64,000 nucleotides of DNA, taken from positions 416,001 through 480,000 of the forward strand of contig OZ244999.1 of assembly GCA_965223265.1 (NCBI GenBank), read 5' to 3'. How positions within the stretch are numbered: the stretch's first letter is position 1; every line of letters begins with the position of its first letter. Position numbers and translations under genes: made by a program. Below the pieces are notes generated by a model. That model made no database searches, had not been told where the DNA came from, and was given only the letters and a program-made list of their open reading frames with translations. The stretch is from Planctomycetota bacterium. GTDB lineage: Bacteria; Planctomycetota; UBA8108; SXIK01. Positions 1 to 9,978 of the stretch are shown piece by piece.

Positions 1-1
1 A

Positions 2-358
2 GAGACGGGATTCATGAACCGTCTTTTGGGTGGAGGCCGCGCTGCGAGTCCTCTGGAAGCCTCGATGTTCGTCAACACACTCGGATGGGTCGAATTTTTG
101 ATCGCGGTCGACCCCCAAAGTGGACTCTCCGGCTCGGAGAGTGCGAAACTCCGCGAGGATGGCTTACGGCATCTACGCGAGGCGACGCACCTCTTTGAAA
201 CGGGAGCCAACTTCCTGTACTTAGGGCTCGCTCACGCGATGCTCGGCGAAGCTGACGCTGCGATGCCTGCGCTCTCCGAAGCCGAGAGTCGGCGGGAGCA
301 GCTGTCGCCCTATGAGCGGCGTTTGCTCGAAGATGCGCGGCACGGGATGGTGCCATAA
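2..358 (+). CDS. TPR-like helical protein, probably 5'-truncated by the window edge
   Basis: Frame is open from position 2 through ATG 14 to TAA 358; TPR-like segments NTLGWVEF and NFLYLGLAHAMLGEADAA. Confidence 0.5.
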   Translation, partial: ETGFMNRLLGGGRAASPLEASMFVNTLGWVEFLIAVDPQSGLSGSESAKLREDGLRHLREATHLFETGANFLYLGLAHAMLGEADAAMPALSEAESRREQLSPYERRLLEDARHGMVP

Positions 359-474
359 ACGCGGCGGTCGAGTCTGCCGTCTCGCCGTCCTCGCGCGCGG
401 GTGCCTGCTCTCGCGGGTACGTGGATCGAACGAGGGAGCGGATAGTCGAGGACCGCCACCCGCCCAACGCGGAC

Positions 475-1302
475 TCAAGTCGCGATCGCTTTGAACCGTT
501 GGGTTTGCTCGGTGATCGCCACCTCAGTGGCGAGTCGTTCGATCGACGAAGCGCCGAAGAAGCCATCGACGTTGGTCGTGTTTTTGAGTACGTACTCCGC
601 GTCCTCGGGTTCGCTGATCGGACCGCCGTGACACAGCACGATCACGTCGTCGCGTATCTCTTTTGCTGCGTCTGCCATCGCTTGGATCACGGCGGGACAC
701 TGCTCAAGTGTCAGGGCGGTGGTCGCACCGATCGATCCCTTCGTCGTCAGTCCCATGTGAGGCACAAGGATGTCAGCGCCAGCTTCGGTCATCGCCGCCG
801 CGTCCTCGGGTGAGAACACGTACGGAGCGGTGAGGAGATCCAGGGCGCGCGCCTTGCGAACCACTTCGACCTCAAGATTGTAGCCCATCCCCGTCTCTTC
901 GAGGTTCTGCCGGAAGACACCGTCGAAGAGCCCGACCGTCGGAAAATTTTGGATGCCGGAAAAGCCGATGCGTTTCAGCTCAGGCAAAAAGATGTCCATG
1001 AGGCGGAACGGATCGGTCCCACAGACTCCAGCGAGGACTGGCGTATCTTTGACAACAGGGAGCACTTCTCGTGCCATGTCGACCACGATGGCGTTGGCAT
1101 CGCCGTAGGGCAAGAGCCCGGCCAACGAACCGCGACCGGCCATGCGGTAACGCCCCGAGTTGTAGATGATGATCAGGTCGACGCCACCCTTTTCGGCGAA
1201 TTTGGCTGTGATCCCTGTCCCGGCTCCAGCACCAAGGATCGCCTTTCCGGATGCGATCTGTTCCCGCAAGCGCCGCAGCACTTCTGATCGTGAGATAGCC
1301 AT
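475..1302 (-). CDS. Phosphoenolpyruvate hydrolase-like TIM-barrel protein (Tm-1 C-terminal-like)
   Basis: Family motifs [60 protein letters not shown]. Confidence 0.92.
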   Translation of the reverse strand: MAISRSEVLRRLREQIASGKAILGAGAGTGITAKFAEKGGVDLIIIYNSGRYRMAGRGSLAGLLPYGDANAIVVDMAREVLPVVKDTPVLAGVCGTDPFRLMDIFLPELKRIGFSGIQNFPTVGLFDGVFRQNLEETGMGYNLEVEVVRKARALDLLTAPYVFSPEDAAAMTEAGADILVPHMGLTTKGSIGATTALTLEQCPAVIQAMADAAKEIRDDVIVLCHGGPISEPEDAEYVLKNTTNVDGFFGASSIERLATEVAITEQTQRFKAIAT

Positions 1303-1428
1303 GACTTCCGTCTCCTGACGTCTCCAGGTTGGTCTGTATCATTTTGATGGATCGCGCGGGAAGCCTTGGCGGTCGCTGGCGGAGAGGTTCCCGGCGAGAA
1401 GTGACCGCTCAGTTGGTCGCACTACGTT

Positions 1429-2655
1429 CTATGTCGGTCCGCGATCCTTCATCAGCTTCATGAGGAGATCTGCGCTCACGCGCGCGAACTCCTCGTCGTT
1501 GATCTCAGCGTCGATGGCTTCGAGGCGAATTCCTTCACGAAGGTTCTGTCGAATCGCATCGAAGCAAGCGTTGTCGGCGTCGTGATCACAAAAGACTCCC
1601 TCATCGCCCGAGATCGCACTGACGCCGCGCAGCGGCAGAACGACTGCCGCAGGTCCCGTCGACGCGTTGAGGCGTGTCGCAATGCGCTCGCCGATCGCAG
1701 CATTCTCCGCCGGCGTCGTGCGCATCAGCGTCACCGTCGGATTGTGTTTGTAGAACTTTCGAGTCGCGAATCGCTCGGGAACTGTGTCACTCGGCCCGAA
1801 GTTCACCATGTCGACGGCGCCCGTCGAGACGACCTGCGGTATGCCGTGCGTCGCCGCCACCGTGAGGCGCTCCGAGCCTGCGCTGAGGACGCCGCCAACA
1901 AGCTCGTCTGCAAGTTCCGTTGTCGTGACGTCCAGAACTCCCGCAATGTAGCCATCTTTGATGAGGCCCTCCATGGCGCGCCCGCCGGTGCCGGTCGCAT
2001 GAAAAACGATGACCTCGTACCCAGCATCTTCGAGCCGCGCCTTTGCTGACGTCACACAGGGGGTAGTGACGCCGAACATGGTTGCTGCCACGATCGGTTT
2101 GCCGCTGGTGGACGCCGGCGTCTTCGTCGTTGCCATGGCCGTGATGGCGACGGCTGCATTGGTCAAGATCCGTTCGGAGATGCGATTGATGCCGGCGATA
2201 TCAACCACCGAATACATCATCGTGATGTCGCGCGTATCGACGTAGGGCGCGGTGTTGCCAGACGCCAGGGTCGAAACCATGAGCTTCGGGAACCCGACCG
2301 GTAGCGCGCGCATCGCCTGAGTCGCCACCGTGGTGTTGGCTGACCCACCCGCCGCAAGGACGCCATCGATTTCGCCGCGGGCGCAAAGACCGGCCACGAT
2401 CGACTCTGCGCCCTGCGCCATGGTTTCGATGGCGGCACCGCGGTCGCCCTGTCGGCGAAGGGTGTCGAGCTCGGCGCCCCCCGCCTGGGCGACCTGTTTG
2501 CGGTCGGTGTCCGGTAAGAACGCCGGTTCGCCGAGAACACCGACGTCGACGATATGGGTCGATGCACCAAGACGCTCGACCAACGTTTTGAGGAATCCAA
2601 CCTCCTCGCCCTTTGTGTCCAGGCATCCCAGGATTGCGATGCAGCTTGCCATCAC
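1429..2655 (-). CDS. Tm-1-like ATP-binding domain protein (UPF0261)
   Basis: LDTKGEE, GFPKLMVST, TMFGVTTPCV, FHATGTGGRAME, DMVNFG, HNPTVTLMRT. Confidence 0.92.
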   Translation of the reverse strand: MMASCIAILGCLDTKGEEVGFLKTLVERLGASTHIVDVGVLGEPAFLPDTDRKQVAQAGGAELDTLRRQGDRGAAIETMAQGAESIVAGLCARGEIDGVLAAGGSANTTVATQAMRALPVGFPKLMVSTLASGNTAPYVDTRDITMMYSVVDIAGINRISERILTNAAVAITAMATTKTPASTSGKPIVAATMFGVTTPCVTSAKARLEDAGYEVIVFHATGTGGRAMEGLIKDGYIAGVLDVTTTELADELVGGVLSAGSERLTVAATHGIPQVVSTGAVDMVNFGPSDTVPERFATRKFYKHNPTVTLMRTTPAENAAIGERIATRLNASTGPAAVVLPLRGVSAISGDEGVFCDHDADNACFDAIRQNLREGIRLEAIDAEINDEEFARVSADLLMKLMKDRGPT

Positions 2656-2970
2656 TTCGCCTCGACCATTCGACTCGCAGCTAAGGGGCTATTCAGCGCA
2701 CTCGTTTCCGCGCCACCCCGCGTTAACGAGGTGCTGCAACGCTTCTTCGCGCCGCCGATTAATCGCCAGCCGAGCACGTTCAAGTGACCAGAATACCAGA
2801 AGTGACGACGTCGCAAAACGGCGCTTCTTGGACGTCCAGGTGCGGTGCGTGGTTGGGCCGGCCACGAAAACTTGTGTGCTGGTGCGTCTTTGGGTACGCT
2901 CGTGCGCTCTGGTGACTCTCGCCGAGAGTCTGAGCCGCTATCTTCCACGTCGAGGCAACACGTCGAGTCC

Positions 2971-4065
2971 ATGGACCACCTGATTCCGCAAGCGTGGTTT
3001 GACGATATGAACCTGCCGCAGTTGATCGGCGTGGCCGTCGTCTCGATCATCGTTTTGGTCAAAGGTGCGGACTGGCTTGTCGAAGGCGCGGCGGGGCTGG
3101 CATACAGCTTCGGTGTGCCGAAGGTGATCGTTGGCGCGACGATCGTCTCTCTCGGGACGACGTGCCCGGAGGCCGCCGTCTCGGTTATGGGGGCGTTCGC
3201 GGGTAACTCCGGACTGGCGCTTGGCAATGCGGTGGGGTCAGTCATCGCCGACACCGGATTGATTTTCGGTGTCGGATGTCTTCTCACCAAGCTGCCGGCC
3301 GACCGCTTCGTGTTGCTGCGCCAGGGACGCGTGCAGTTTTTTTCTGGTCTGGTTCTGGCGGCGATCGCCTACGCGCTCTTTTGGCGTTTTGGGGATGAGG
3401 CCGCCATCTCGCGCCCTTTCGGCTTTTTGTTCCTCATCGCCCTTGTGGTCTATCTCTACCAAAGCATCAAGTGGGGGCGTGCACACGCTGCGGGGGAACC
3501 GTTTCAGGCGCCCGAAGAGTTCGAAGAGACCCTTCTTGGCCTGGAGGAGCGTGAGGCGAAGCCGGTTCAGCGTAACGTACTGCGGCTGATCACGAGCATC
3601 GTCGTTGGGCTGCTGATCGTACTGATTTCAGCGCGTACGGCTGTCTGCTCGGCAACGGTGTTGGCGGAGAAGGCGGGGATCCCGGACGCCGTGCTTTCGG
3701 CGACGCTGATTGCTTTTGGGACTTCGCTGCCTGAGCTGGTCGTCGCCGTCTCGTCGGTGCGAAAGGGGCATCCGGAGCTCTTGGTTGGCAACGTCATCGG
3801 CGCGGATATTCTGAACGTCTTGTTCGTCATCGGAGCAGCAGCTGTAGCGGCCCCACTGCCGATCGTCAGTCCGGAGTCGTCCTCGCCGTACGTTTTTCTG
3901 GTGTTTCAGTTGCCGACGATGCTTGCCGTCCTCGTCCTGTTTCGCATTTTCATTGCGAGGGCGATTCGCCGTGGCAGCTTCGAGCGCTGGTACGGGTGGC
4001 CGCCGGTGGCGATCTATGTCGCGTTCGTCGTCTTGCAGTACGCATTGGCGCGAGAAACGGCTTGA
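2971..4065 (+). CDS. Calcium/sodium antiporter (CaCA, YrbG-like)
   Basis: Two alpha-repeats GTTCPE..GNAVGS and GTSLPE..GNVIGA, multiple TM helices; start taken at ATG 2971 within ORF 2845..4065. Confidence 0.9.
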   Translation: MDHLIPQAWFDDMNLPQLIGVAVVSIIVLVKGADWLVEGAAGLAYSFGVPKVIVGATIVSLGTTCPEAAVSVMGAFAGNSGLALGNAVGSVIADTGLIFGVGCLLTKLPADRFVLLRQGRVQFFSGLVLAAIAYALFWRFGDEAAISRPFGFLFLIALVVYLYQSIKWGRAHAAGEPFQAPEEFEETLLGLEEREAKPVQRNVLRLITSIVVGLLIVLISARTAVCSATVLAEKAGIPDAVLSATLIAFGTSLPELVVAVSSVRKGHPELLVGNVIGADILNVLFVIGAAAVAAPLPIVSPESSSPYVFLVFQLPTMLAVLVLFRIFIARAIRRGSFERWYGWPPVAIYVAFVVLQYALARETA

Positions 4066-4251
4066 GTTCATGATGCCAACACCCGCACGAGTCGGCGCTC
4101 GGAATTCGACTTGCTCGAGCGGGGGAGTGCGAACTGAGAATCTCCAGCTGCGACGGCAGGCACATTGCGTGCTCGACTGCGCTACGCGTTTAGGTGAGTT
4201 CTCGGGCTTTGCGCACCAGGATCCGCTTGTCGCGCTTGCGGCGGGGAAGGG

Positions 4252-5901
4252 ATGAGCTCGTCTCCGTCTCCGCTCCTCGAGCTCGAGTGTCTCTGCAAGA
4301 GCTTTGCCGGAACCACCGCGCTCGACGACGTGACGCTGCATGTGGGTGCCGCAGAGGCACTCGGGATCGTCGGCGAAAACGGTGCTGGTAAGTCGACGCT
4401 GATCAAAATCCTGAGTGGCGTCCTCACGCCGGATCGTGGCGTCGTGAAGTGGCGCGGTGATCCGATTGTTGTTCGCAATCCGGCGGCCGCCAAGTCGCTT
4501 GGTATCGCCACCATTCATCAGGAACTGGCCTACTTTTCTAGACTCTCCGTCGCCGAGAATCTTCTCCTCGGCGAACCGTGGCCTCGGTACTGGTGGCGTG
4601 GAGTGAACTGGCGGCGGCTGCGCCAGCAGGGCGAAGACGTGTGCAGGAAGTTCGGGCTTGAGTTGGACGTGCGTCGACGGTTCGCCGATCTGAGCTCTGC
4701 TGCAAAGCAGGAGATCGCCATCGTGCGAGCGCTTTCGCGCCAAGCGCGACTTTTGATCTTGGATGAACCCACAGCGAGCCTGAGCGATGCGGAGGTGGAG
4801 CGGTTGGTCGAGCAACTTCAGGGTGCGCAGTCGCGCGGGGTTGCGCTCATCTATATCTCGCATCGACTCGAAGAGGTGAAACGTTTGAGCGATCGAATCG
4901 CCGTTCTTCGTGACGGCTCTCTCGTCGCGATGCACCGGAAAGCAGAGGTTACGACGGAGCGCTTGGTGCTTGATATGCTCGGTCGTTCGCGTTCGACTGA
5001 AGCTCGAAGCGAGCGTGGCGAAGCAGGCAGCGGGATGGAAGCGGGCGGCGAAGGTAGCGGCGATCGTCGCATGCGTGGTGCGGGGCGCCCATCTGGAGGG
5101 CTATGCGGCAGAGACGGAGGCGACAGCCTCGACGCGACGGGCGCCGGCGAGCGCTCGGCGGACGAGGCGCTACGCGTTGAGGGGTTGACCTGCGAGCCGT
5201 TCTTTCGGGGTGTTTCGTTTGACCTTCGCGCTGGCGAGATCCTCTCTCTCGCCGGACTCGTTGGCGCGGGTCGCTCCGAAGTGGCGCGGACGATCTTGGG
5301 GCTTTATCAAGCACAGTCGGGTCGCATGTGGCTGTTGAGACGTGCGTGGCGTCCACGAGATTGTGCCGACAGCCGCGCCCACGGTCTTGTGTATCTGCCT
5401 GAGGAGAGAAAACGTCAAGCGCTCGGGCTCGATCTGAGTCTGATGCACAATCTTTCGATAGGATATCTCGACCAGCTGAGTCGCTGCGGCTATTTGCCTC
5501 GGCGCACCGAGGAGCGCCTCGCGGACGCGGCGATCGCGCGTCACTCGATCCGCTGTCGAGACAGGAACCAAGTCGCCGGGACGTTGAGCGGTGGCAATCA
5601 ACAGAAGGCCGTGATCGCACGCTGTCTTGGAAGGGATCCGGGTGTCCTGCTTCTTGACGAGCCGACGCGTGGCGTTGATGTGGCCGCGAAGGCGGAAATC
5701 CATTCGACGGTGAGAGCGTTGGCGGCTGCCGGTAAGGCGGTGCTGCTGATCTCGAGCGATCTTCCTGAGGTCATCGCTCTCAGTGATCGCATCCTTGTCC
5801 TGCGCGAGGGCAACGTCGTCAAAGAGCTGCCTCCAAACGAACGTAGCGAGGAGAATCTATTGAAGGCCGCGTCGGGCCTGTCAGACAGTCGACACATCTA
5901 A
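4252..5901 (+). CDS. Sugar ABC transporter ATP-binding protein (two NBDs)
   Basis: [36 protein letters not shown]. Confidence 0.93.
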   Translation: MSSSPSPLLELECLCKSFAGTTALDDVTLHVGAAEALGIVGENGAGKSTLIKILSGVLTPDRGVVKWRGDPIVVRNPAAAKSLGIATIHQELAYFSRLSVAENLLLGEPWPRYWWRGVNWRRLRQQGEDVCRKFGLELDVRRRFADLSSAAKQEIAIVRALSRQARLLILDEPTASLSDAEVERLVEQLQGAQSRGVALIYISHRLEEVKRLSDRIAVLRDGSLVAMHRKAEVTTERLVLDMLGRSRSTEARSERGEAGSGMEAGGEGSGDRRMRGAGRPSGGLCGRDGGDSLDATGAGERSADEALRVEGLTCEPFFRGVSFDLRAGEILSLAGLVGAGRSEVARTILGLYQAQSGRMWLLRRAWRPRDCADSRAHGLVYLPEERKRQALGLDLSLMHNLSIGYLDQLSRCGYLPRRTEERLADAAIARHSIRCRDRNQVAGTLSGGNQQKAVIARCLGRDPGVLLLDEPTRGVDVAAKAEIHSTVRALAAAGKAVLLISSDLPEVIALSDRILVLREGNVVKELPPNERSEENLLKAASGLSDSRHI

Positions 5902-5985
5902 CCGGTTCGAGGAACCGCATCGATCGCACTCTTCTACACGGGGACAGAGAACGAAGCGTGACCGGTTCCGGCGCTTGTTGATCTT

Positions 5986-6954
5986 ATGCGTGGACTACCA
6001 AGAACACTCGTCTACCGCCTTGTCTTTCTATTGCTAGGCATCGCGCTGCTGCTCTTGCTGATCAACAGCCTCCTGCGTGAGGGCGCGACGTTTTCACAAG
6101 TCTTGAGACAAGCGCTCCGGGACTGCGCGCCCGTGATCCTCTGCGGAATTGGCATGACGGGGATCATTCTCGCAGGCGCGATCGATCTCTCCATTGGCGG
6201 CGTCGTCGCGCTCTCTGGAACTGTCTTCGGCGTATGTGTTTTTTGGGGCCTCAGCCCGCTCTCATGCTTCGCCGCCTGCACCGCGACAGCGTGGTTTCTG
6301 TGTGTCGTGAACGGCGCGCTTGTCAGGGTTCTCGGTATCCCGTCGATCATCGTCACGCTTGCCGGCTTGACGATCTATCGTGGGGTGGCGTTGATCGTCG
6401 CAGATCTCTCGATCGAAGATTTTAGCGGTAACATCTCGATTCATGCACCGTCGTTTCACCTGCCAGGTCGGGACTGCGCCGCGTGGATTCTGATTCCGAT
6501 CGTGGGGCTCGGACTCGTTTGGGAGGCGTTTTCTGAGACTTCTAGGCGATGGCTCGCTCTCGGAAACTCGGAGGAAGCTTGTCGTCTTCAGGGCCTCTTT
6601 CCTGGGCGCGTGCTGCAGAGCGCGTTTTTGGTCGGAGGGTTTTTCATCGGCTTCGGCTGTTTGATCGATGTCACCCAAGTGCAAGCGGTCGAGCCTGCAC
6701 GCATGGCGCTGGGGTTCGAGCTGCAGGTGATTGCCGCCGTCGTGCTTGGCGGCACGAATATCTTCGGCGGCGAGGGATGCTACGCGGGGACGGTCCTCGG
6801 TGCGGTCTTTCTCTACTTCACCGAGCAAGCAATGATCTACGCCGGAGTCAGCCCGTACCTTCAAGACGTGGTCATGGGCGGGGCGATTCTCTTGATCATT
6901 GGACTCGACTGTTTTCTTCACAAACGAGGCAAGCTGCTCGAAGAGCTGCGATAG
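5986..6954 (+). CDS. Sugar ABC transporter permease (BPD_transp_2)
   Basis: GAIDLSIG, IPSIIVTL, ELQVIAAVVLGGTNIFGGEG. Confidence 0.92.
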   Translation: MRGLPRTLVYRLVFLLLGIALLLLLINSLLREGATFSQVLRQALRDCAPVILCGIGMTGIILAGAIDLSIGGVVALSGTVFGVCVFWGLSPLSCFAACTATAWFLCVVNGALVRVLGIPSIIVTLAGLTIYRGVALIVADLSIEDFSGNISIHAPSFHLPGRDCAAWILIPIVGLGLVWEAFSETSRRWLALGNSEEACRLQGLFPGRVLQSAFLVGGFFIGFGCLIDVTQVQAVEPARMALGFELQVIAAVVLGGTNIFGGEGCYAGTVLGAVFLYFTEQAMIYAGVSPYLQDVVMGGAILLIIGLDCFLHKRGKLLEELR

Positions 6955-6994
6955 CCATTCGATCGATGGTCGCACCGATCATCGCGTCAAGATC

Positions 6995-7954
6995 ATGCGC
7001 AAACATCATTTGGTTCTGGTCGCGATTCTTGTCGCTGAGACGATCTTTTTCGCTGCGATCAGCGGACCAAGTTTCGACTCAGTCGCCGAGGCAGTGAACT
7101 ACACGTCGAGCTACTTTGCTGACCTTGTCGCGCAGGCGGCTCCTGAGTTCTTTCTTGCCTTCGGGATGACGCTCGTACTCATGACGGCGGGCATCGATCT
7201 GTCCGTCGGTTCCCTCGTGGCGCTTGTCGCCAGTACGATGGCTCTTTTTTCTGGCGGCTCGGATTTCTGGTGGAGCGCACTGCCGCTTGGGCTTGTTGTG
7301 GCTGTTTCTCTTGGTGGGGCGAACGGCGTCCTCGTCTCGGTGTTCGACATCCCACCGATTATCGCAACGCTCGGTACCATGATTTTTTTTCGTGGCTGGT
7401 GTTTTTTTATTCTTGGCGACCTTGAACGCGCGCCGTTCGTGGACGTCCCAGGCTACGGCGTGCTGGGAGAGTTCAATTGTGTGCTGCCGATGCTTGCGGT
7501 CCTCTATGGCGTCGGCGGGGTCTGGTTCTATCGCTCGCGTTGGCGCCGAGAGATTGTCTTCGTCGGCGGGCACCGCGTCGCGGCGCATTACGCGGGGGTG
7601 CGGGTCGGGCGAATTCTCGTCTCGGTCTATCTGCTTATGGGGGTGTTGGCGTTCCTTGCAGCCGTGACATTTACGGCACGTAACGGCTCAGTGAGTGGTA
7701 GTGCGTTGACTGGTCTCGAGTTGAAGGTCATCGTTGCGGTCGTTCTCGGAGGCACACGCGTGCAGGGGGGCCATGGCTCCCTGTTCGGATCCTTCCTTGG
7801 TGTTCTCGTGATCGCTGTGCTGGAAGAAGGGCTGCGCAGCTCCGCGGCGTGGGGCGAAAGTCATTTACCGTTCAAGTTGAGCCACCTCGAGTATATTCTG
7901 CTCGGGCTTCTCTTGATTGTTGGCGTGCGCTGGAGCATGCGGCGACGCGATTGA
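6995..7954 (+). CDS. Sugar ABC transporter permease (BPD_transp_2)
   Basis: GIDLSVGS, IPPIIATLG, ELKVIVAVVLGGTRVQGGHG; start taken at ATG 6995. Confidence 0.92.
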   Translation: MRKHHLVLVAILVAETIFFAAISGPSFDSVAEAVNYTSSYFADLVAQAAPEFFLAFGMTLVLMTAGIDLSVGSLVALVASTMALFSGGSDFWWSALPLGLVVAVSLGGANGVLVSVFDIPPIIATLGTMIFFRGWCFFILGDLERAPFVDVPGYGVLGEFNCVLPMLAVLYGVGGVWFYRSRWRREIVFVGGHRVAAHYAGVRVGRILVSVYLLMGVLAFLAAVTFTARNGSVSGSALTGLELKVIVAVVLGGTRVQGGHGSLFGSFLGVLVIAVLEEGLRSSAAWGESHLPFKLSHLEYILLGLLLIVGVRWSMRRRD

Positions 7955-7989
7955 TGGCGCCGAAAAGCGTCAACCTTCTCACCTTCGAT

Positions 7990-8026
7990 TGCAAGCGCTT
8001 GACAGCGGTATGCGATCGCCGATGAT
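7990..8026 (+). promoter_or_regulatory. Possible internal promoter with LacI-type palindrome upstream of the substrate-binding protein gene
   Basis: TGCAAGCGCTTGAC (7990-8003, perfect core CAAGCGCTTG) overlaps TTGACA (7999-8004); -10 candidate GATGAT is weak. Confidence 0.4.
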
Positions 8027-8050
8027 CAGGAAACTTGGAGGAACCGACTG

Positions 8051-9124
8051 ATGACCATGATGATGAAATCACTGATTCTCCGATTCTCTTGCGGCATGCG
8101 TGGGTGCCTCGAATTGATCTTGGCGGTCTGCGTCGCGTTGACCCTCGGCTGCGGTGGCGGAGATCATCAGCCTGCCGACGGAAGCAGTGGGGGAGACGTC
8201 GACAAGGATTCGGTCGTCATCGCCATGCTGCCGAAGCTGGTGAATATCGACTATTTCGATGCGTGCGAGCGCGGTGCCCGGCGCGCTGCCGAGGAGGCTG
8301 GAGTGCAGCTCATCTTTGATGGGCCGGCGACCGCGAGCGCGTCTGAGCAGACGAAGTACGTGGACACGTGGATTCGGCAGCGTGTCGATGCCATTTGTGT
8401 CGCGCCGAACCAGCCCAAGTCGATGGCCAAGTACATCAAGAAAGCCCAAGATGCCGGCATCAAGGTGCTCACCTGGGATACCGATGCTCCAGAGAGTACA
8501 CGCGACCTGATGGTGAACCAGATCGACGACGAAGTCCTGGGGTATGCTCTCATGGACGATCTGGCGCGACAAATGAACGAAGAGGGGACGTGGGCCGTAA
8601 TCATCGGTAGCCTCGACGCCGCGAACCTGAATACTTGGCGGCGCTTCGCGCAGGCGCGTGCCAAGGAGAAGTATCCGCGGTTGACACTCGTGCAGACGGT
8701 CGTGACCGGCGAGGACGAGAATCAAGCGCGCCAGAAGGTCGAGACGCTGTTGAACGCGAATCCGGATCTTGGCGGCATGATCGCGTTCGATTCCAACTCT
8801 GTACCCGGTGCTGCTGCGGCGCTGGAGCAGTCGGGGAAGGGAGGAGCGGTGGTGCTGGTTGGCAACTCCACTCCAAACAAGATGCGTCCCTTTATCGAGA
8901 GAGGAGTCCTCGAGAGTTTCTACCTTTGGGATCCCGCCGCTCTCGGGGCTTTAACGGTGCACCTTGCGAATTCCCTGGTGCGCGGCGTGACGATCGGGCC
9001 GGGAACGGAGCTCTCTAGTTTCGGCCCGCTTCGTTTCAGCACGAAGGACCCCAAAATGGTGATCCTTTCCGATCCGATCCGCTTCACCAAAGAGAACATC
9101 GACGATTACGATTTCGGCATTTGA
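8051..9124 (+). CDS. Sugar/autoinducer-2 (LsrB/rhamnose-like) ABC substrate-binding lipoprotein
   Basis: Lipobox LTLGC; LPKLVNIDYF, KVLTWDTDA, AANLNTW, YLWDPAALG, FTKENIDDYDF; exact start uncertain. Confidence 0.88.
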   Translation: MTMMMKSLILRFSCGMRGCLELILAVCVALTLGCGGGDHQPADGSSGGDVDKDSVVIAMLPKLVNIDYFDACERGARRAAEEAGVQLIFDGPATASASEQTKYVDTWIRQRVDAICVAPNQPKSMAKYIKKAQDAGIKVLTWDTDAPESTRDLMVNQIDDEVLGYALMDDLARQMNEEGTWAVIIGSLDAANLNTWRRFAQARAKEKYPRLTLVQTVVTGEDENQARQKVETLLNANPDLGGMIAFDSNSVPGAAAALEQSGKGGAVVLVGNSTPNKMRPFIERGVLESFYLWDPAALGALTVHLANSLVRGVTIGPGTELSSFGPLRFSTKDPKMVILSDPIRFTKENIDDYDFGI

Positions 9125-9387
9125 GCCGGTACCAACTGTGCGATGAGGGAGGTCACGCGCTGCAGGAGCTTCTGACAGTTTCCGGGTGTCCTCCCAACGT
9201 CTGTTGCTCCTTTCACCGCCGGTGCGATTCCCGATCTGGGCACACAGGGCCGACGACGGGACCGAAAACATCCGTTGTGTTGTCTTCGTGCAGAGACTAA
9301 GCTCTTTGTTCACGCCATGTTGCACGAGATGTTTGGGCAGGCTGTGAAAAACGCGGCGATTCTTCGACGAGCGAGCCATCTGCAATC

Positions 9388-9978
9388 ATGAGACGCGCGG
9401 AAGACTGGAGAGAGATCGAAGCGTGTGCCGAGGCGGATGCCATCGCGGAGGTCCTCAGCGGCTCCACCGACGCGTTCCGGCCGCTCGTGGCGAAGTATGA
9501 GCGCCCGGTGTTCGGGCTTTGCCGTCGCCTGATGCGCGGTAGCGACGATGAGGCCGAAGATCTCACTCAGGAGACATTCGTGCGTGCTTACCGCTTTCTC
9601 AACGCGCTGAAAGACCCGCATCGCTTCGGGCCGTGGCTGTTTCGCATCGCTCGGTCTCTGTGTCGCGACCGCCTGCGGCGTTTGGAGACGGAGCGGCGAG
9701 CGCTCAAGGGGCATGCGGTGACTCTTGAACATCGGCTCCGCGGGGCGTCCTCTGCGCACGACGCGCTAGGAGGCGCGGAGTGCACGAGCGCGCTGAATGA
9801 GCTCCCGGAAGTGCAGCGCCGTGCGCTCGAGCTGCGCTACTTCGACGGACTCTCGTACAACGAGCTTGCCGAGCGTCTATCGCTGACCTTTGCGCAGGCT
9901 GACCATCTGATTCGCAAGGCGCGTGCGCACCTCGAGAGACGGCTGAAAGTGAGAATACAGAATGAGCGGAGTGTGTGA
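9388..9978 (+). CDS. ECF RNA polymerase sigma factor
   Basis: Region 2 AEDLTQETF..WLFRIA; region 4 LPEVQRRALELRYFDGLSYNELA. Confidence 0.92.
   Translation: MRRAEDWREIEACAEADAIAEVLSGSTDAFRPLVAKYERPVFGLCRRLMRGSDDEAEDLTQETFVRAYRFLNALKDPHRFGPWLFRIARSLCRDRLRRLETERRALKGHAVTLEHRLRGASSAHDALGGAECTSALNELPEVQRRALELRYFDGLSYNELAERLSLTFAQADHLIRKARAHLERRLKVRIQNERSV

Noticed and set aside
3628-4935. 435-aa antisense ORF and similar long shadow ORFs (e.g. 14457-15326, 40563-41597)
   Set aside because: They lie opposite well-supported genes in GC-rich DNA and show no protein motifs
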